The notes beneath the pieces were generated by a model. It was given only the letters and a program-made list of their open reading frames with translations, ran no database searches and was not told the DNA's origin. 64,000 bases of DNA from Planctomycetota bacterium (GTDB lineage: Bacteria; Planctomycetota; UBA1135; UBA2386), in NCBI GenBank assembly GCA_041398565.1, contig JAWKUN010000002.1, positions 338,068 through 402,067 of the forward strand, in the 5' to 3' direction. The position numbers were made by a program, and so were the translations under genes. Positions 27,950 through 38,322 of the stretch are shown here, in pieces. Position 1 is the first letter of the stretch, and each line of letters begins with the position of its first letter.

Positions 27950-30900
27950 CTAGCGGTTCGACGACGAAGCTGCCCGCTCCGTCGGGCCAGCGTCATCGGC
28001 GCGCAGGCACGACCGGAACTCGACCACGAAGCGGTGCCCGTCGCCGAGCGCTGCACACAGGACCGGGAATGCCTCCGCCGCGATCGTCGCCGCGCGCTCG
28101 GGGTCGCTCGCCACCAGCCACCGGGCCATCTCGCAGCGTACCAGCGCGGCCTGCCAGTAGCCGTCGCCGAACGCGACGCGGGCGCGTGCGTAGGCGTCCT
28201 CGAGCCAACGCCGCCCTTCGGCCCGTGCACCGCGGGTGCCGAGCACCCGTGCGAGCGCCCACTCGGCCAGGGCGAACTGCTCGGCTCCTTTCTTCTGCCA
28301 TCCGCGCCCGAGGGCGACGGCCCGCCGGAGTCGATCCTCGGCCTGGGCGAGGTCGCCCAGGTCGGCCCGGACCAGCCCTTCGACGCGCAGGGCCTCGATC
28401 ACGACCGGTTCGTCCTTCGCGTGGTCCGTCGCGAGCTGCGCGAGGTGCGCGAGTTCGGACGGTTCCACCCGGTCTCCGAGCCACGCGCGCGCGCTCGCCA
28501 GCGCCACCCTCGCCCTGATCACGGCAGGGGCCTCGGGCCCGAACTCGCCGTCGAGCCTCGTCAGGAGCTCGTGACACCGGGCCGCGGCATCGGCCAGCCG
28601 CCCGACCCGTTCGAGACACTCGACCCATCGAAGCTCGGCCTCCGGCGCGCGGCCGCCCGTCCGCCCCGCGGCCTCGGCGCATGCGACCACATGCTCGCCG
28701 ATCAACCGTACCTCGTCCGCCGGACACTGGTCCTGTCGGGCCGCAATCGCCAGATCCCACAGCGCGTCCGCGCGTCGCGCCGGGTCGTCGGCAAGCGCCG
28801 CGAGCTCGGCGGCGAACGCTTGGGAAGCCTCGCGCTCTCTCTGCGGCTCCGCGGCGGCGTGCCAAGCGCGGACGAGATGCGCGAGGATCTCCAGGCGCCG
28901 GTGCGGTCGCCTCAGGTCGACGTCAGCATCGTGCAGCGCAGCCAGAGCCTCTTCGAACGCACCCGCCGCCAGTCGCGGCTCGTGTCGGGTGACGAGTAGC
29001 TTCGTCCCCAGGGCCATGCAACGGTAGCCGCGGTCGCCCCAGTGGCTACCGATCCACGGCGAGCGCGCGAGTTCGCAGGCGCGACGCGCGAGCGCGATGG
29101 CCTCGTCCGCGTCGGTCTCTTCGGGAGCGAGCGAGAGGGCACGCTTGGCGACTGTCGACGACAGGAAGCAGACCGCTTGGTCGACGTCCCAGGTGCGCAC
29201 CGCCCCGGTCTGCCGCAGCGCCAGCGACTCCCGCATCGCCAGGCCCGCCCGGCCCCGTTCCACGCACGTGTCGAGCTCCTCGACGCCGTTGGGGAAGCCG
29301 CCCAACTCGGTCAGGAGCCAACCCTCCTCACTCGCTCGCGCATCGCTTTCCGGGAGCGTGCGCACCAGGGCGAGCGCGCGGGCGAGGCTGATCTCCCCGG
29401 TGAGGACCCAACCCGCTCCGGCGAGCGGTTTGGCTCGGTCGACCGGGCCGAGGAAAGCCAGGGTCCGCAGGCTGCCGACGACGTCGACCGTCAGCGGAAC
29501 CTCGCCCGCTTCGAAGCGGGCGACGTTCTCACCCAGCACCGCTCGGGCTTCTTCGGGGACGGCTGGATCGACGGCGGCGTTCCAGCCCCCCCGCGGCGTC
29601 AGGAGTGCGAACAGCGCCGTGCCCAGGGCCAGGCGGGCGGCGACCGTCTTGGGGTGCGCGGGCCCGAGGATCCGCTGGCTGAGGTCGATCGCCCGTCGCA
29701 GGTGCGGCAACGACCTCTCCAGCTCCTGGACGTCACGCAAACCGACGCCGACCAGCATGCGCAGCTCCGCCTCCGCCAACGACGGCCGGTCGAAGACCGC
29801 GGCGGCACCCTCGAGGGGTGTGGCGATGCGCTCGAAGATGTCGCGCACGGTCAGCGGCGCACCCGCCCGCCCTGGGTCGGCGCGTCCCAGCACACCGGTC
29901 AAGATCCCGGTCATGCGGCCCATCTCGTCGCGCTGCCGCCGTGCCTCGACGAGACCGTTCCACGCCAGCCCGGCTCCGGCGAGCACGGCCGCGAACGACA
30001 CCAGGACGGCGGCCACCAGGGCCTTGTGCAGGCGCACGAAGACGCGCACGCGGTAGCCGTAGCCCGCGGGACGCGCAGCAACCGCCTCGCCGGCCAGGAA
30101 GCGGCCCAAGTCGTCGGCCAGGGCCGCGGCCGAGCCGTAACGCGCGTCGGGCACGATCGCGACAGCCTTCAACACGACGTCGCCGAGCTCCCGCGGGATG
30201 CGCGCGTCCACTTTCGACGGGTGTTGCGCAGGCGTGCCGGCGAACGCCTGCAACGCAGCGCTCGCGGTCGTCGGCCGTCCGTACGGCAGCCGCCCGGTGA
30301 GGAGCTGGTAGAGGAGCACGCCGAGTGCGTAGACATCCGTGCGCACGTCGAGCGAGGCATCGTCGCCGCGCAGCGCCTCCGGACTCATGTACGGCAGCGT
30401 CCCGGCCGGCTCGAGCCTGGCCAGCGTGTGCGTCAAGGTCACGTCGTCGACCGGGTCGAGAAAGCGCGCCAGACCGAAGTCGAGCACGTGCGGGCGTCCC
30501 TCCGCATCGACCAGCACGTTCGCCGGCTTGAGGTCGCGATGGATCACTCCTCGTTGGTGGGCGTGATGGACCGCGTCGGCGATGTGCGCCAGCAGGGCCA
30601 CACGCGCGCGCAGCGGCAGCGCCGTACCGCGCGCCTCGCAGTACCGGTCCAAGCGCTCGCCATCGACCAGGTCCATCACCAGGTAGAGCTGACCGCGCTC
30701 GGTGACCCCGGCGTCGTGCACGCCCGCGATCGAAGCATGGCCGAGTCTGCCGAGCGCAGCGATCTCGCGCCGGAAGGCCGTCAGGCGCGCGCGGCTGGTC
30801 GCCCCCGCGGGCTGCATCACCTTGAGCGCCACGCGCCGCGCCGTCGAGATCTGCCGGGCCTCGTAGACGATGCCCATCCCCCCGCTGCCCAGCGTGCGCA

Positions 30901-31213
30901 CGATCCGATACTCGCCGATGCGATCCGGGGGCGGCGATTCACTGCTCTTGGCGATCGACTGCAGGCCCTCGTGCAGGCGGCGGATCGTGCCGAGGCTCTC
31001 GCGACAGAGTGGGCATCGGGCGACATGATCATGCAGCTCGGCGCCAGCGGAGGAGGGCTCGTCGATCAACCCCCAGAGTTGGTCGGCCGAGGCGCGCGGG
31101 CACGCGCCAGAGGTCGATTGCCGGCTCCCACTCGTCGAGGCGGGCTCTGGTGCGTCCTCGGCGCCCCGCGACCTCGCTCCCGACCCTCCGGACGACGGAT
31201 TCTCCTGGCGCAT
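27950..31213 (-). CDS. Ser/Thr protein kinase with TM segment and long TPR-like C-terminal region (1087 aa)
   Basis: Inner start MRQENPSSGG of ORF 27950..31582. Kinase motifs are GSGGMGIVYEA, ALKVM, HRDLKPANVLV, DFGLARF and TLPYMSPE. A TM segment (LVAAVLVSFAAVLAGAGLAW) follows, then about 650 aa of helical repeats. Confidence 0.85.
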   Translation of the reverse strand: MRQENPSSGGSGARSRGAEDAPEPASTSGSRQSTSGACPRASADQLWGLIDEPSSAGAELHDHVARCPLCRESLGTIRRLHEGLQSIAKSSESPPPDRIGEYRIVRTLGSGGMGIVYEARQISTARRVALKVMQPAGATSRARLTAFRREIAALGRLGHASIAGVHDAGVTERGQLYLVMDLVDGERLDRYCEARGTALPLRARVALLAHIADAVHHAHQRGVIHRDLKPANVLVDAEGRPHVLDFGLARFLDPVDDVTLTHTLARLEPAGTLPYMSPEALRGDDASLDVRTDVYALGVLLYQLLTGRLPYGRPTTASAALQAFAGTPAQHPSKVDARIPRELGDVVLKAVAIVPDARYGSAAALADDLGRFLAGEAVAARPAGYGYRVRVFVRLHKALVAAVLVSFAAVLAGAGLAWNGLVEARRQRDEMGRMTGILTGVLGRADPGRAGAPLTVRDIFERIATPLEGAAAVFDRPSLAEAELRMLVGVGLRDVQELERSLPHLRRAIDLSQRILGPAHPKTVAARLALGTALFALLTPRGGWNAAVDPAVPEEARAVLGENVARFEAGEVPLTVDVVGSLRTLAFLGPVDRAKPLAGAGWVLTGEISLARALALVRTLPESDARASEEGWLLTELGGFPNGVEELDTCVERGRAGLAMRESLALRQTGAVRTWDVDQAVCFLSSTVAKRALSLAPEETDADEAIALARRACELARSPWIGSHWGDRGYRCMALGTKLLVTRHEPRLAAGAFEEALAALHDADVDLRRPHRRLEILAHLVRAWHAAAEPQREREASQAFAAELAALADDPARRADALWDLAIAARQDQCPADEVRLIGEHVVACAEAAGRTGGRAPEAELRWVECLERVGRLADAAARCHELLTRLDGEFGPEAPAVIRARVALASARAWLGDRVEPSELAHLAQLATDHAKDEPVVIEALRVEGLVRADLGDLAQAEDRLRRAVALGRGWQKKGAEQFALAEWALARVLGTRGARAEGRRWLEDAYARARVAFGDGYWQAALVRCEMARWLVASDPERAATIAAEAFPVLCAALGDGHRFVVEFRSCLRADDAGPTERAASSSNR

Positions 31214-31391
31214 GGTCACGCGCACCGATGGTACCTGCCGGCCACTACCGTGGAAACTCGGCCTCTCTCGGCGAGACCGGTCGAGGAGGGTGCGGTCGAA
31301 CGCTCGCGGCATCCCGTGGAGTCGCCCCCAGACCCGCCCCGGCGATGCGTTCCACCACCTGGCAGCGGCGGCGGATGGGAGTGGCCTCAGC

Positions 31392-31413
31392 CAGCTTGCT
31401 CTTCTTATCCCGC
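31392..31413 (+). repeat. Solo copy of the IS91-like right-end 22-mer (copy b)
   Basis: It reads cagcttgctcttcttatcccgc followed by g-GAAC-gcc, with no transposase homology upstream. It lies between divergent genes starting at 31213 (-) and 31659 (+). Confidence 0.6.
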
Positions 31414-31658
31414 GGAACGCCGGATTCGAGACCTCGACGCCACCTGCGGTCAGGGTGCCGCGACGCGCCTCGGGGGTTCCTGCGCGTGTTCGGGACCAGG
31501 TGTGCCTCGCGCGGGCACCCGTCCTGCGATGGCGTGCGTCGCGCGCACGTGGCAGCGACCGTTGCGCCCCTTCGCGTCCCAATCGACGCCGGCCGATCGC
31601 GTTACGCGGTTCGGCCGCCGAACTACTCCCCCCGACTCTTCAAAAGAAGACTCGCGAC

Positions 31659-34520
31659 ATGCGCCTGCGTCACATCTCGATCCTGTCCCTTTGCGCGGCG
31701 GCGGCAGCTCAGGCCCCGCGCCTCCTCCTCGACATCGACCGGACTCCGGTCGGGCCGCCATCGTCGAACCCCTACGCGTTCACCTTCCTCGGCAGCGAAG
31801 CCTACTTCAGCGCCGACACCCACCCGTTGGGGGTGGAACCGTACCGTACCGACTTCACGGCGGTCGGGACGGCCGTCCTGCGCGACCTCGCACCCGGGCC
31901 CGACTCGAGCTTCCCCAGCGCCTACGGCAGGCTGGGCAACGACGTCCTCTTCCTGGCCGAGGACAGCCGGCTGAACGGCCACAAGCAAGTGTGGCGCAGC
32001 GATCGCTCCGCGGTCGGGACCGTGCTGGTGGCCGACATCGGGTCCCTGGGCGCCCCCGCGGTCGTGGCGACCGCCACCGAGCTTCGAGGTGCGGTCGTGT
32101 TCGCGTCCCACGATGGATCGACCCGACTCCTCGTGCGCAGCGACGGGACGCCGGCGGGCACCAGCGTCCTCGGCCAGTTCCCCAACGTCTCGCCGCGCCT
32201 CTACACGGCGAAGGTGAGCAGCACCTTCGGGTCACTGTGGTTCCTCTCGGGCTCGAGCCTCGTGCGCACGGACGGCACGGCCGCGGGGACGTCGGTCGTG
32301 GTCGCCGACACCATCCCGCTCGAGATCGCGTCCCTCGGGCAGGATGTCTTCTGCAGCGCGGTGGACGGACTCTGGCGCGTCGGCGCGGGCTCGGCGGCGC
32401 TGGTCTATCCCGACCGCTCGCTGCGCACGGGCGTCGCCAACGTCAACGGCCGACTGCTGTTCGCGTCGGGGAACGACCTGTTGGTGAGCGACGGCACCGG
32501 CGCCGGCACGACGGTGCTACGCACGTTCACCAGCGTCGGCGGTGTGGTTGCCGCGGGCGCGGTCGGCTACTTCGTCGCCGACGACGGCGTGGCCGGACGC
32601 GAGCTCTGGCAAACGGACGCTACCGCGGCGGGAACGCGGCTGGTGGCCGACCTCACGCCCGGTGCGGCCGGCTCGAACATCCTGGGGATCACTGCGCTGG
32701 GTTCGCGCGTGCTGTTCCGCTTCCAGACCGCGGCGTTCGGCGACGAACTGTGGGTCAGCGACGGGACGGCGTCCGGGACCCTGGGCTTCGATCTCGAACC
32801 AGGTCCCGCCGGCTCCCAGCCAGGCAACATCGTGGCCGATCCGAGCGGGCAGCGCGCGCTCTTCTCGGCCAGGCGCGTCGCCACCGGGTTCGAGCCATGG
32901 GTGACCGACGGGACCGCGGCCGGCACCCACATGGTTGCCGACCTCGCGACCTCCGCGCCTCGCACGGAGGGGTCGGAACCCGTGGGCTTCGCCCGGATCG
33001 GCACCCAAACGCTGTTCTTCGCCAACGACCCCAGCACCGGCGTCGAGCCGTGGACGAGCGATGGCACGACCGCAGGCACCCGGCTTCTCCTGGACATCAA
33101 CGCGGGGCCGGCTTCTTCGATCACGTTCCGCTCGCCGCCGCTGTCGACGGGCAACCGCGTGTTCTTCTGGGCCAGCACGAACACGTTCGGCAACGAGCTC
33201 TGGGTGACGGACGGGACCGCCGTGGGGACGCGCATGGTCGCCGACTTGACGCCCGGGTCCTCGGATACCTCGCCGGGCCCGTTCGCGCGCCTGGACGAGC
33301 GACGGGTGCTGTTCACCGGTTCCACGGGCGGTCCTCGAGGCCTGTTCGTCTCGGACGGGAGCGCCGCGGGCACTCTGCGCCTGGCCGATGTGTCCGGTGG
33401 CGTGATCGCCGTGGCCAACGGCAAGGCCGTGTTCGCCGGCCGGGACGCGCTCGGTGCCGAGCCGTGGATCACCGACGGTACCGTCGCCGGCACGCATCTC
33501 ATCGCCGACGTCGTGCCCGGCGCGCAGGGTTCCGATCCGCAACCCGTCGTGTACGGCGACGCGGTGTACTTCGCAGTGAGCGCGGGCGTGGCACCGGGAC
33601 TCTGGCGCACCGACGGATCGACCTTGGGCACGCACCTCGTGGTGCCGCTGACGCCAGCCGCGACGGCCCTGACCTCGGCGCGCAACCGTCTGTACTTCAC
33701 GGGGCTGGACCCGCAGACGGGCCGCGAGCCGTGGGTCAGCGACGGTACCGTTGCGGGGACCTATCTGTTGGCGGACGTCGAGCCCGGCCCGCTCGGGTCG
33801 AGTCCCGCCGGGTTCGTCGCCGTGGACAACGGCGTCCTGTTCCTGGCGAGTTCGAGTCTGTGGCGCACCGACGGTTCTCGAGCCGGCACCCAGAGTGTCT
33901 TCGATCCGGGTCCCGCCACATCCGGCAGCGGCTTCGTCGCCGGTAGTCGGCGCTTCTGGGCGTCGAGTGCGTCCAGCGCCTGGGGGAGCGACGGCACGGT
34001 CGCGGGCACGCGCGTCCTTTCCGGACTCTCGGCGGGACGGCAGCCGCAGTTCGGTCTCGCCGGCAACGCGCTCCTCGGCGGCATCGACGACGGCGTGCAC
34101 GGCAGCGAGCTGTGGCTGATCGAAGTGGCTGCGCGCGCGGTGCGCGTGGGCGCGGGTTGCGGCTCGGGGTGGCGCGAGCTGCGGCTGTCGGCGAGCGACC
34201 CGGTTCTGGGGACCTCGGTGCATTTCGATGGGGCAGGGCTGTCGCCGGGGAGTCCGGCCGCCATCGTCCTGGGCTCGCCGCTGCGGCAGCCACTGGCGTT
34301 CCCGGGCACGACGTGCACCCTCTACCTCGACGCCGCGGCGCCCTACCTGGTCTTGCCGACGGTGGCGCTCGGCGTCGACTACGTGGCCAACCTGGGACTG
34401 CCCGGCGTCCCGTCGCTCAACGGTGCCCAGCTGATGGCGCAGGCGATCGGCCTGTCGCCCGCGTTCGGGCTCGGGTTCGAGACCAGCAACGGCGTGGCGT
34501 TGAGCCTCGGGTCGAACTGA
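31659..34520 (+). CDS. ELWxxDGT-repeat secreted protein, paralog 3 (953 aa)
   Basis: Inner start MRLRHISILSLCAAAAAQAP of ORF 31212..34520. Many repeats are present (GRELWQTDATAAGT, GDELWVSDGTASGT, GFEPWVTDGTAAGT, NELWVTDGTAVGT and others). The C-terminal Cys domain reads GAGCGSG...GTTCTLYLD...LNGAQLMAQAI...SNGVALSLGSN. Confidence 0.85.
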   Translation: MRLRHISILSLCAAAAAQAPRLLLDIDRTPVGPPSSNPYAFTFLGSEAYFSADTHPLGVEPYRTDFTAVGTAVLRDLAPGPDSSFPSAYGRLGNDVLFLAEDSRLNGHKQVWRSDRSAVGTVLVADIGSLGAPAVVATATELRGAVVFASHDGSTRLLVRSDGTPAGTSVLGQFPNVSPRLYTAKVSSTFGSLWFLSGSSLVRTDGTAAGTSVVVADTIPLEIASLGQDVFCSAVDGLWRVGAGSAALVYPDRSLRTGVANVNGRLLFASGNDLLVSDGTGAGTTVLRTFTSVGGVVAAGAVGYFVADDGVAGRELWQTDATAAGTRLVADLTPGAAGSNILGITALGSRVLFRFQTAAFGDELWVSDGTASGTLGFDLEPGPAGSQPGNIVADPSGQRALFSARRVATGFEPWVTDGTAAGTHMVADLATSAPRTEGSEPVGFARIGTQTLFFANDPSTGVEPWTSDGTTAGTRLLLDINAGPASSITFRSPPLSTGNRVFFWASTNTFGNELWVTDGTAVGTRMVADLTPGSSDTSPGPFARLDERRVLFTGSTGGPRGLFVSDGSAAGTLRLADVSGGVIAVANGKAVFAGRDALGAEPWITDGTVAGTHLIADVVPGAQGSDPQPVVYGDAVYFAVSAGVAPGLWRTDGSTLGTHLVVPLTPAATALTSARNRLYFTGLDPQTGREPWVSDGTVAGTYLLADVEPGPLGSSPAGFVAVDNGVLFLASSSLWRTDGSRAGTQSVFDPGPATSGSGFVAGSRRFWASSASSAWGSDGTVAGTRVLSGLSAGRQPQFGLAGNALLGGIDDGVHGSELWLIEVAARAVRVGAGCGSGWRELRLSASDPVLGTSVHFDGAGLSPGSPAAIVLGSPLRQPLAFPGTTCTLYLDAAAPYLVLPTVALGVDYVANLGLPGVPSLNGAQLMAQAIGLSPAFGLGFETSNGVALSLGSN

Positions 34521-34542
34521 GTCCGGCCGGCGCGGTCGACCG

Positions 34543-35209
34543 TCAGCTCGGCTTCGCGCCCGCCCACGCGGCGGCCAGGTAGAGGCGTCCGCCGACCGCG
34601 TCGACGCGCACGTCGGCGTCCGGTCGCACCCGCACGACGTGGTCGCCCTCGGGGCACGTCTGCGTCGCCCCGGCTTGGGTCACACGGCCCTCGCCCTCGG
34701 CGCGCACGAACAGCACGAGTTCGTCGCCGTAGCTGACCCCGGGCGGCGTCAGTGGCCGCGGCAGGGTGACGAAGGCGTCCTTCGGCAGGGCACACTCGTC
34801 GAGGCTCAGCGTCTGCGCCTTGAACGTGACGCTGAACACCCACTCGACGACGACGTCGCCGACCGCCAGGCGCTCGATCGCCGAAGGCCCAGGCCAGCAC
34901 CTCGTCCGGAAGCGCATCGCTGTGGCGGTGCTGCCAGCCGGTGGCGCCGCCCTTGAGCTTGGTGCGGGGATCGTCGCTGTGCACGCGTGCGAGCATCGCG
35001 AACGTCTTGCCCTTGTCGAGCTGCAGGCGCAAGTCCGCCGCCTCTTTCTCCGCCGCCTCGAACGAGCGCGACACGAGCTGGTTGGGAGTGGCGCTGGCGC
35101 GCAGCCACAGCACCTCGATCTGCCGGCGTGCGCCGTAGCGGGCGCGCGTCTCGGTCGGATCGTCGCGCAGCCACAGCTCGCGGTACTCGCCGGCCTGGAA
35201 GGCCACCTG
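34543..35209 (-). pseudogene. Parvulin-type PPIase-like gene remnant with an internal frameshift near 34885
   Basis: One frame gives RRQIEVLWLRASATPNQLVSRSFEAAEKEAADLRLQLDKGKTFAMLARVHSDDPRTKLKGGATGWQHRHSDALPDEVLAWAFG (parvulin-like). The continuation IERLAVGDVVVEWVFSVTFKAQ...LYLAAAWAGAKPS* is in a different frame (ORF 34543..35421). I found no signal peptide or convincing start. Confidence 0.4.
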
Positions 35210-35245
35210 ATGCGCACGCTGGGCCCGCGCGACAACTGCGGCGCC

Positions 35246-35545
35246 ATGACGCTGCCCGATGGATCCGTCGTCCGGGTGACCGCGGCCTTCCCCGACGGCA
35301 CGCCCGCCGCTGGCGCCCGCGTGAGCTTCAGCCCCGGGTACCCGCTCCGGTCTCTGGGCCGGGTGTCGCAGTTCGGAACCGCTGGCGCCGACGGTACCTT
35401 CGCCCTGCGCGTCGATGCCAACGAAGTGTTCGCCCTCTGGGTCTTGTGGTCGCGCGACGGCCAGGGCTACGCCCATTCGGAGATCGTCGGTCCTGACGAG
35501 CATGACCTGAACGTCGTTCTCGAGAAGCGACACGGCCGCCTGTGA
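35246..35545 (+). CDS. Small ORF or fragment with a carboxypeptidase-regulatory-like (CarboxypepD_reg) beta-sandwich signature (99 aa)
   Basis: The tail of ORF 34766..35545 reads MTLPDGSVVRVTAAFPDGTPAAGARVSFSPGYPL...GTAGADGTFALRVDANEVFALWVLWSRDGQGY. It may be a remnant of a larger gene. Confidence 0.35.
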   Translation: MTLPDGSVVRVTAAFPDGTPAAGARVSFSPGYPLRSLGRVSQFGTAGADGTFALRVDANEVFALWVLWSRDGQGYAHSEIVGPDEHDLNVVLEKRHGRL

Positions 35546-35707
35546 CGAACGACCCGGACACGGCGGAATGGAACACCGCGGACTCGAGCACTTCGCCGGC
35601 TTCGATCCGTAGCGCCGCCGGTGAGGCGGCGACGCCGTGCCAGCGAGCAGGGTACGCGGCGCCGTTCGCCCCCGACGGCGGCGTGGCCGCCACGACCACG
35701 CGGCGGC

Positions 35708-38239
35708 ATGATCCACGCCATGCTCCTGGCCGGTCTCCTCGTGGCGCTGGCGCCGCAGTCCTTCGCGCGCGCCGACGACTGGTGCAGCACCGGCCTCGAT
35801 TGCGCTCTGTTCGCCGCCGGTGACGTCGACGGCGACGGCTTCGCCGACGTGGTCACGCTGAACGGGTCGCACCAAATCTGCTTTGCCGCCAGCGTGCACG
35901 GCTGGAAGGCGGCCGGCTGGGAAGTCCTGCGCGAAGGCGTCGCCGACGGCGCGGTCGCGCTCGAGGTCGGCGACTTCCTGCCCTCGGAGCCTGGCACCGA
36001 GGTGGCGGTGCGCTACGCCGACCACGCGGTCGTGTTCGCGCGCCGGCAGGCGGGCCGCTTCGCCGACGAGCATCCGTTCGCGGCGCCGCCTGCCGCGACC
36101 GTCGGACCGGCGTCGGCGCTGGAGCCACCCCCGTACGAGCCAGACGCCCCGGTGCTGTGCCATGCGCGCGGCGACATCGACGGCGATGGCCGCGACGACA
36201 AGTTGACGGTGTTCACGGCCAGCCGCCCGCACCCGCATCGCGTCGTGCGCGTCGGCGTGGCCTTGCGCACGCACCCGGGCGACGAGAGGACCGGCAAGGA
36301 CAGCGTCACCCACGACGGCACCACTCGAGACGGTGTCGCGGAGAGCCGGGCCCCCGACCACACTGCCGACGCCTCCGCCACGACCGACATCGACGGCGAC
36401 GGTCTCTCCGACGCGCGCGAGCGCGAACTCGGCAGCGACCCGACCGACCGCGACACCGACGACGACGGTCTGCTCGACGGCTGGGAGGTGAACGGGCTGC
36501 CGCGCGGCGTCGCCGCCGGCGACGGCGCCCTCAGCCCCGTGCACCGCGACGTCATCCTGGTGGTGTCGCGCTACGAGCAGCTCGACGAGGCCGCGGTGCG
36601 GGCTCAGGTCGAGAAGAGCAAGCGCCTGTTCGCCGCCATGCCGATCGCCAATCCGGACGGCACCCACGGCATCGCCGTGCACGTGCGCTTCACGGCGCCG
36701 GTCCCCGCTGCGATGCAGGGCAACTGGCGCGACGTCGGCGCGCGCATGCTGCGCGACGACGAACGCGGCCTCGTGCACTGGATGCAGGTGACCCCCGGCG
36801 GCGGCGGTCAGGCCCAGCAGACCGGCGACATGGGTAGCTCCGGCGCCCATTGGGCGGCGTTCGCGCACGAGGTGGGCCACCAACTGTCGCTGTCGCACAC
36901 CGGCGACTCCGAGCCGGGTTGGTGTCCGCTGTACCCGTCGCTGATGAACTACGCGTTCAACTACCAGCTCGGCGGCGACGGCAACGCCATCCGCTTCAGC
37001 AACGGCCGCTTCGCCGGCGTCGAGCTGCGCGAGACGGCGCTGGTCGAGCGCCTGCCGTTCCCGCTGGCCGAGCTGCGCTACCTGCAGGCGCCGCCGTACC
37101 GCTTCACCCTGGAAGCCGACGGCGACCAGGCGACGCGCATCGACTGGGACCACAACGGCCGCTTCGACGAGGGCCCCGTGGTCGCCGACGTCAACTACGG
37201 CGGCTCGACCTACTGTGGCATCCGTCACAACGTCGAGATCTGCGGCGCGGCGCCGGCGCTGTGTGTGGTCGGCGGCGTGGTGCAGCTCGTCACCGTCGAC
37301 CCGCGCTGCTCGGCCGTGAGCGTGCGCGCCTGCGAGGGCGACGGCAAGTGGTCGGCGCCGCGGGCGGTGTCCGCGAGTGCCACACGCGACGACCCGGTGG
37401 CGGTGTCGGCTGGCGACGCCGGCTTCGTGCTGTTCCGCAGCCAGCGCGCCTGGCACATCGTGCGTTTCACCGCGGATGCCATCGAGGCGCCGGTCGAACT
37501 CGGCGCGCTCGGCAGTCGCGACGCCAGCGCCGTGTTCTGCAACGACAAGGTGCTGATCGTCAGCCGCGACGACGACGACCGCCTGGCCGCGTGGTGGTAC
37601 GACTGGCACGGCAAGCACCTGGGCGAGCCGCAGGCCCTGCCCGTGCGCTCGCACGTTCCACCGGGCCTGGCCCTCGAACCGGCCGTGCCGACCGCCGGCG
37701 GCGCCGCCAACCCACGCCTGGTGCTGGCGGCGAGCCACGTCAAGCCGGGCCACGACTGGTGCCTGTCGATCACCTGGTTGACGCGCGACGGCACGAGCCT
37801 GGAGGCGGGCGAGACGCTGTGGACCCGCGGCGCCGCCGTCAACCACTGCACCACCCGTCCGGTCGTCGCCTTCCGCGGGACCGAGCTCAACGTCTTCCAC
37901 ACCGGCTGGTTCGACGGCAACGGCCTGACCACGGCGTGGCGCACGCGTCGCGTCGGCAACCGCGCCCTCGACGACGGCTGGCTGACTTGCCTGCTGTACG
38001 ACCAGTGGACCCTGACGCGGGTGGGCGTCGCCTTCGCCGAGGGACCGCAGGGGACCGTGTACGCCTACCGCTGGGATCCGGGCGACCACGGCGACATGAA
38101 GGTCAACATGGTGCAGACCGCCCACAACGGCTGGGGGATCGAGGCCGCCCCGATGCGCGACTTCGACGACTGCGACAAGATCGCCCGCTGGGGGATCCGC
38201 CATTCGATCCTGTACATGCGCCGCACCGGCGGATCGTGA
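35708..38239 (+). CDS. Secreted zinc metalloprotease-like protein (HExxHxxxxxH) with FG-GAP/TSP3-like calcium repeats (843 aa)
   Basis: Inner start MIHAMLLAGLLVALAPQSFARAD of ORF 35621..38239. Calcium-type repeats include GDVDGDGFADVV, GDIDGDGRDD and TDIDGDGLSDARERELGSDPTDRDTDDDGLLDGWE. The zinc site is AAFAHEVGHQLSLSHTGD. The last about 400 aa are not recognisable to me. Confidence 0.7.
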   Translation: MIHAMLLAGLLVALAPQSFARADDWCSTGLDCALFAAGDVDGDGFADVVTLNGSHQICFAASVHGWKAAGWEVLREGVADGAVALEVGDFLPSEPGTEVAVRYADHAVVFARRQAGRFADEHPFAAPPAATVGPASALEPPPYEPDAPVLCHARGDIDGDGRDDKLTVFTASRPHPHRVVRVGVALRTHPGDERTGKDSVTHDGTTRDGVAESRAPDHTADASATTDIDGDGLSDARERELGSDPTDRDTDDDGLLDGWEVNGLPRGVAAGDGALSPVHRDVILVVSRYEQLDEAAVRAQVEKSKRLFAAMPIANPDGTHGIAVHVRFTAPVPAAMQGNWRDVGARMLRDDERGLVHWMQVTPGGGGQAQQTGDMGSSGAHWAAFAHEVGHQLSLSHTGDSEPGWCPLYPSLMNYAFNYQLGGDGNAIRFSNGRFAGVELRETALVERLPFPLAELRYLQAPPYRFTLEADGDQATRIDWDHNGRFDEGPVVADVNYGGSTYCGIRHNVEICGAAPALCVVGGVVQLVTVDPRCSAVSVRACEGDGKWSAPRAVSASATRDDPVAVSAGDAGFVLFRSQRAWHIVRFTADAIEAPVELGALGSRDASAVFCNDKVLIVSRDDDDRLAAWWYDWHGKHLGEPQALPVRSHVPPGLALEPAVPTAGGAANPRLVLAASHVKPGHDWCLSITWLTRDGTSLEAGETLWTRGAAVNHCTTRPVVAFRGTELNVFHTGWFDGNGLTTAWRTRRVGNRALDDGWLTCLLYDQWTLTRVGVAFAEGPQGTVYAYRWDPGDHGDMKVNMVQTAHNGWGIEAAPMRDFDDCDKIARWGIRHSILYMRRTGGS

Positions 38240-38322
38240 CGGCACCAAGGCCCAACCGCCGCACGGTCGGGTTGGCCGAGTCGCCCCTTCCATAGAAGTC
38301 ATCCGTCTGCTTTCCTGGAGGC

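Noticed and set aside
27950-31582. Full 1210-aa extent of the kinase ORF
   Set aside because: The first 123 codons are Arg-rich and run across the solo IS91 end motif. MRQENPSSGG (31213) is the first plausible start.
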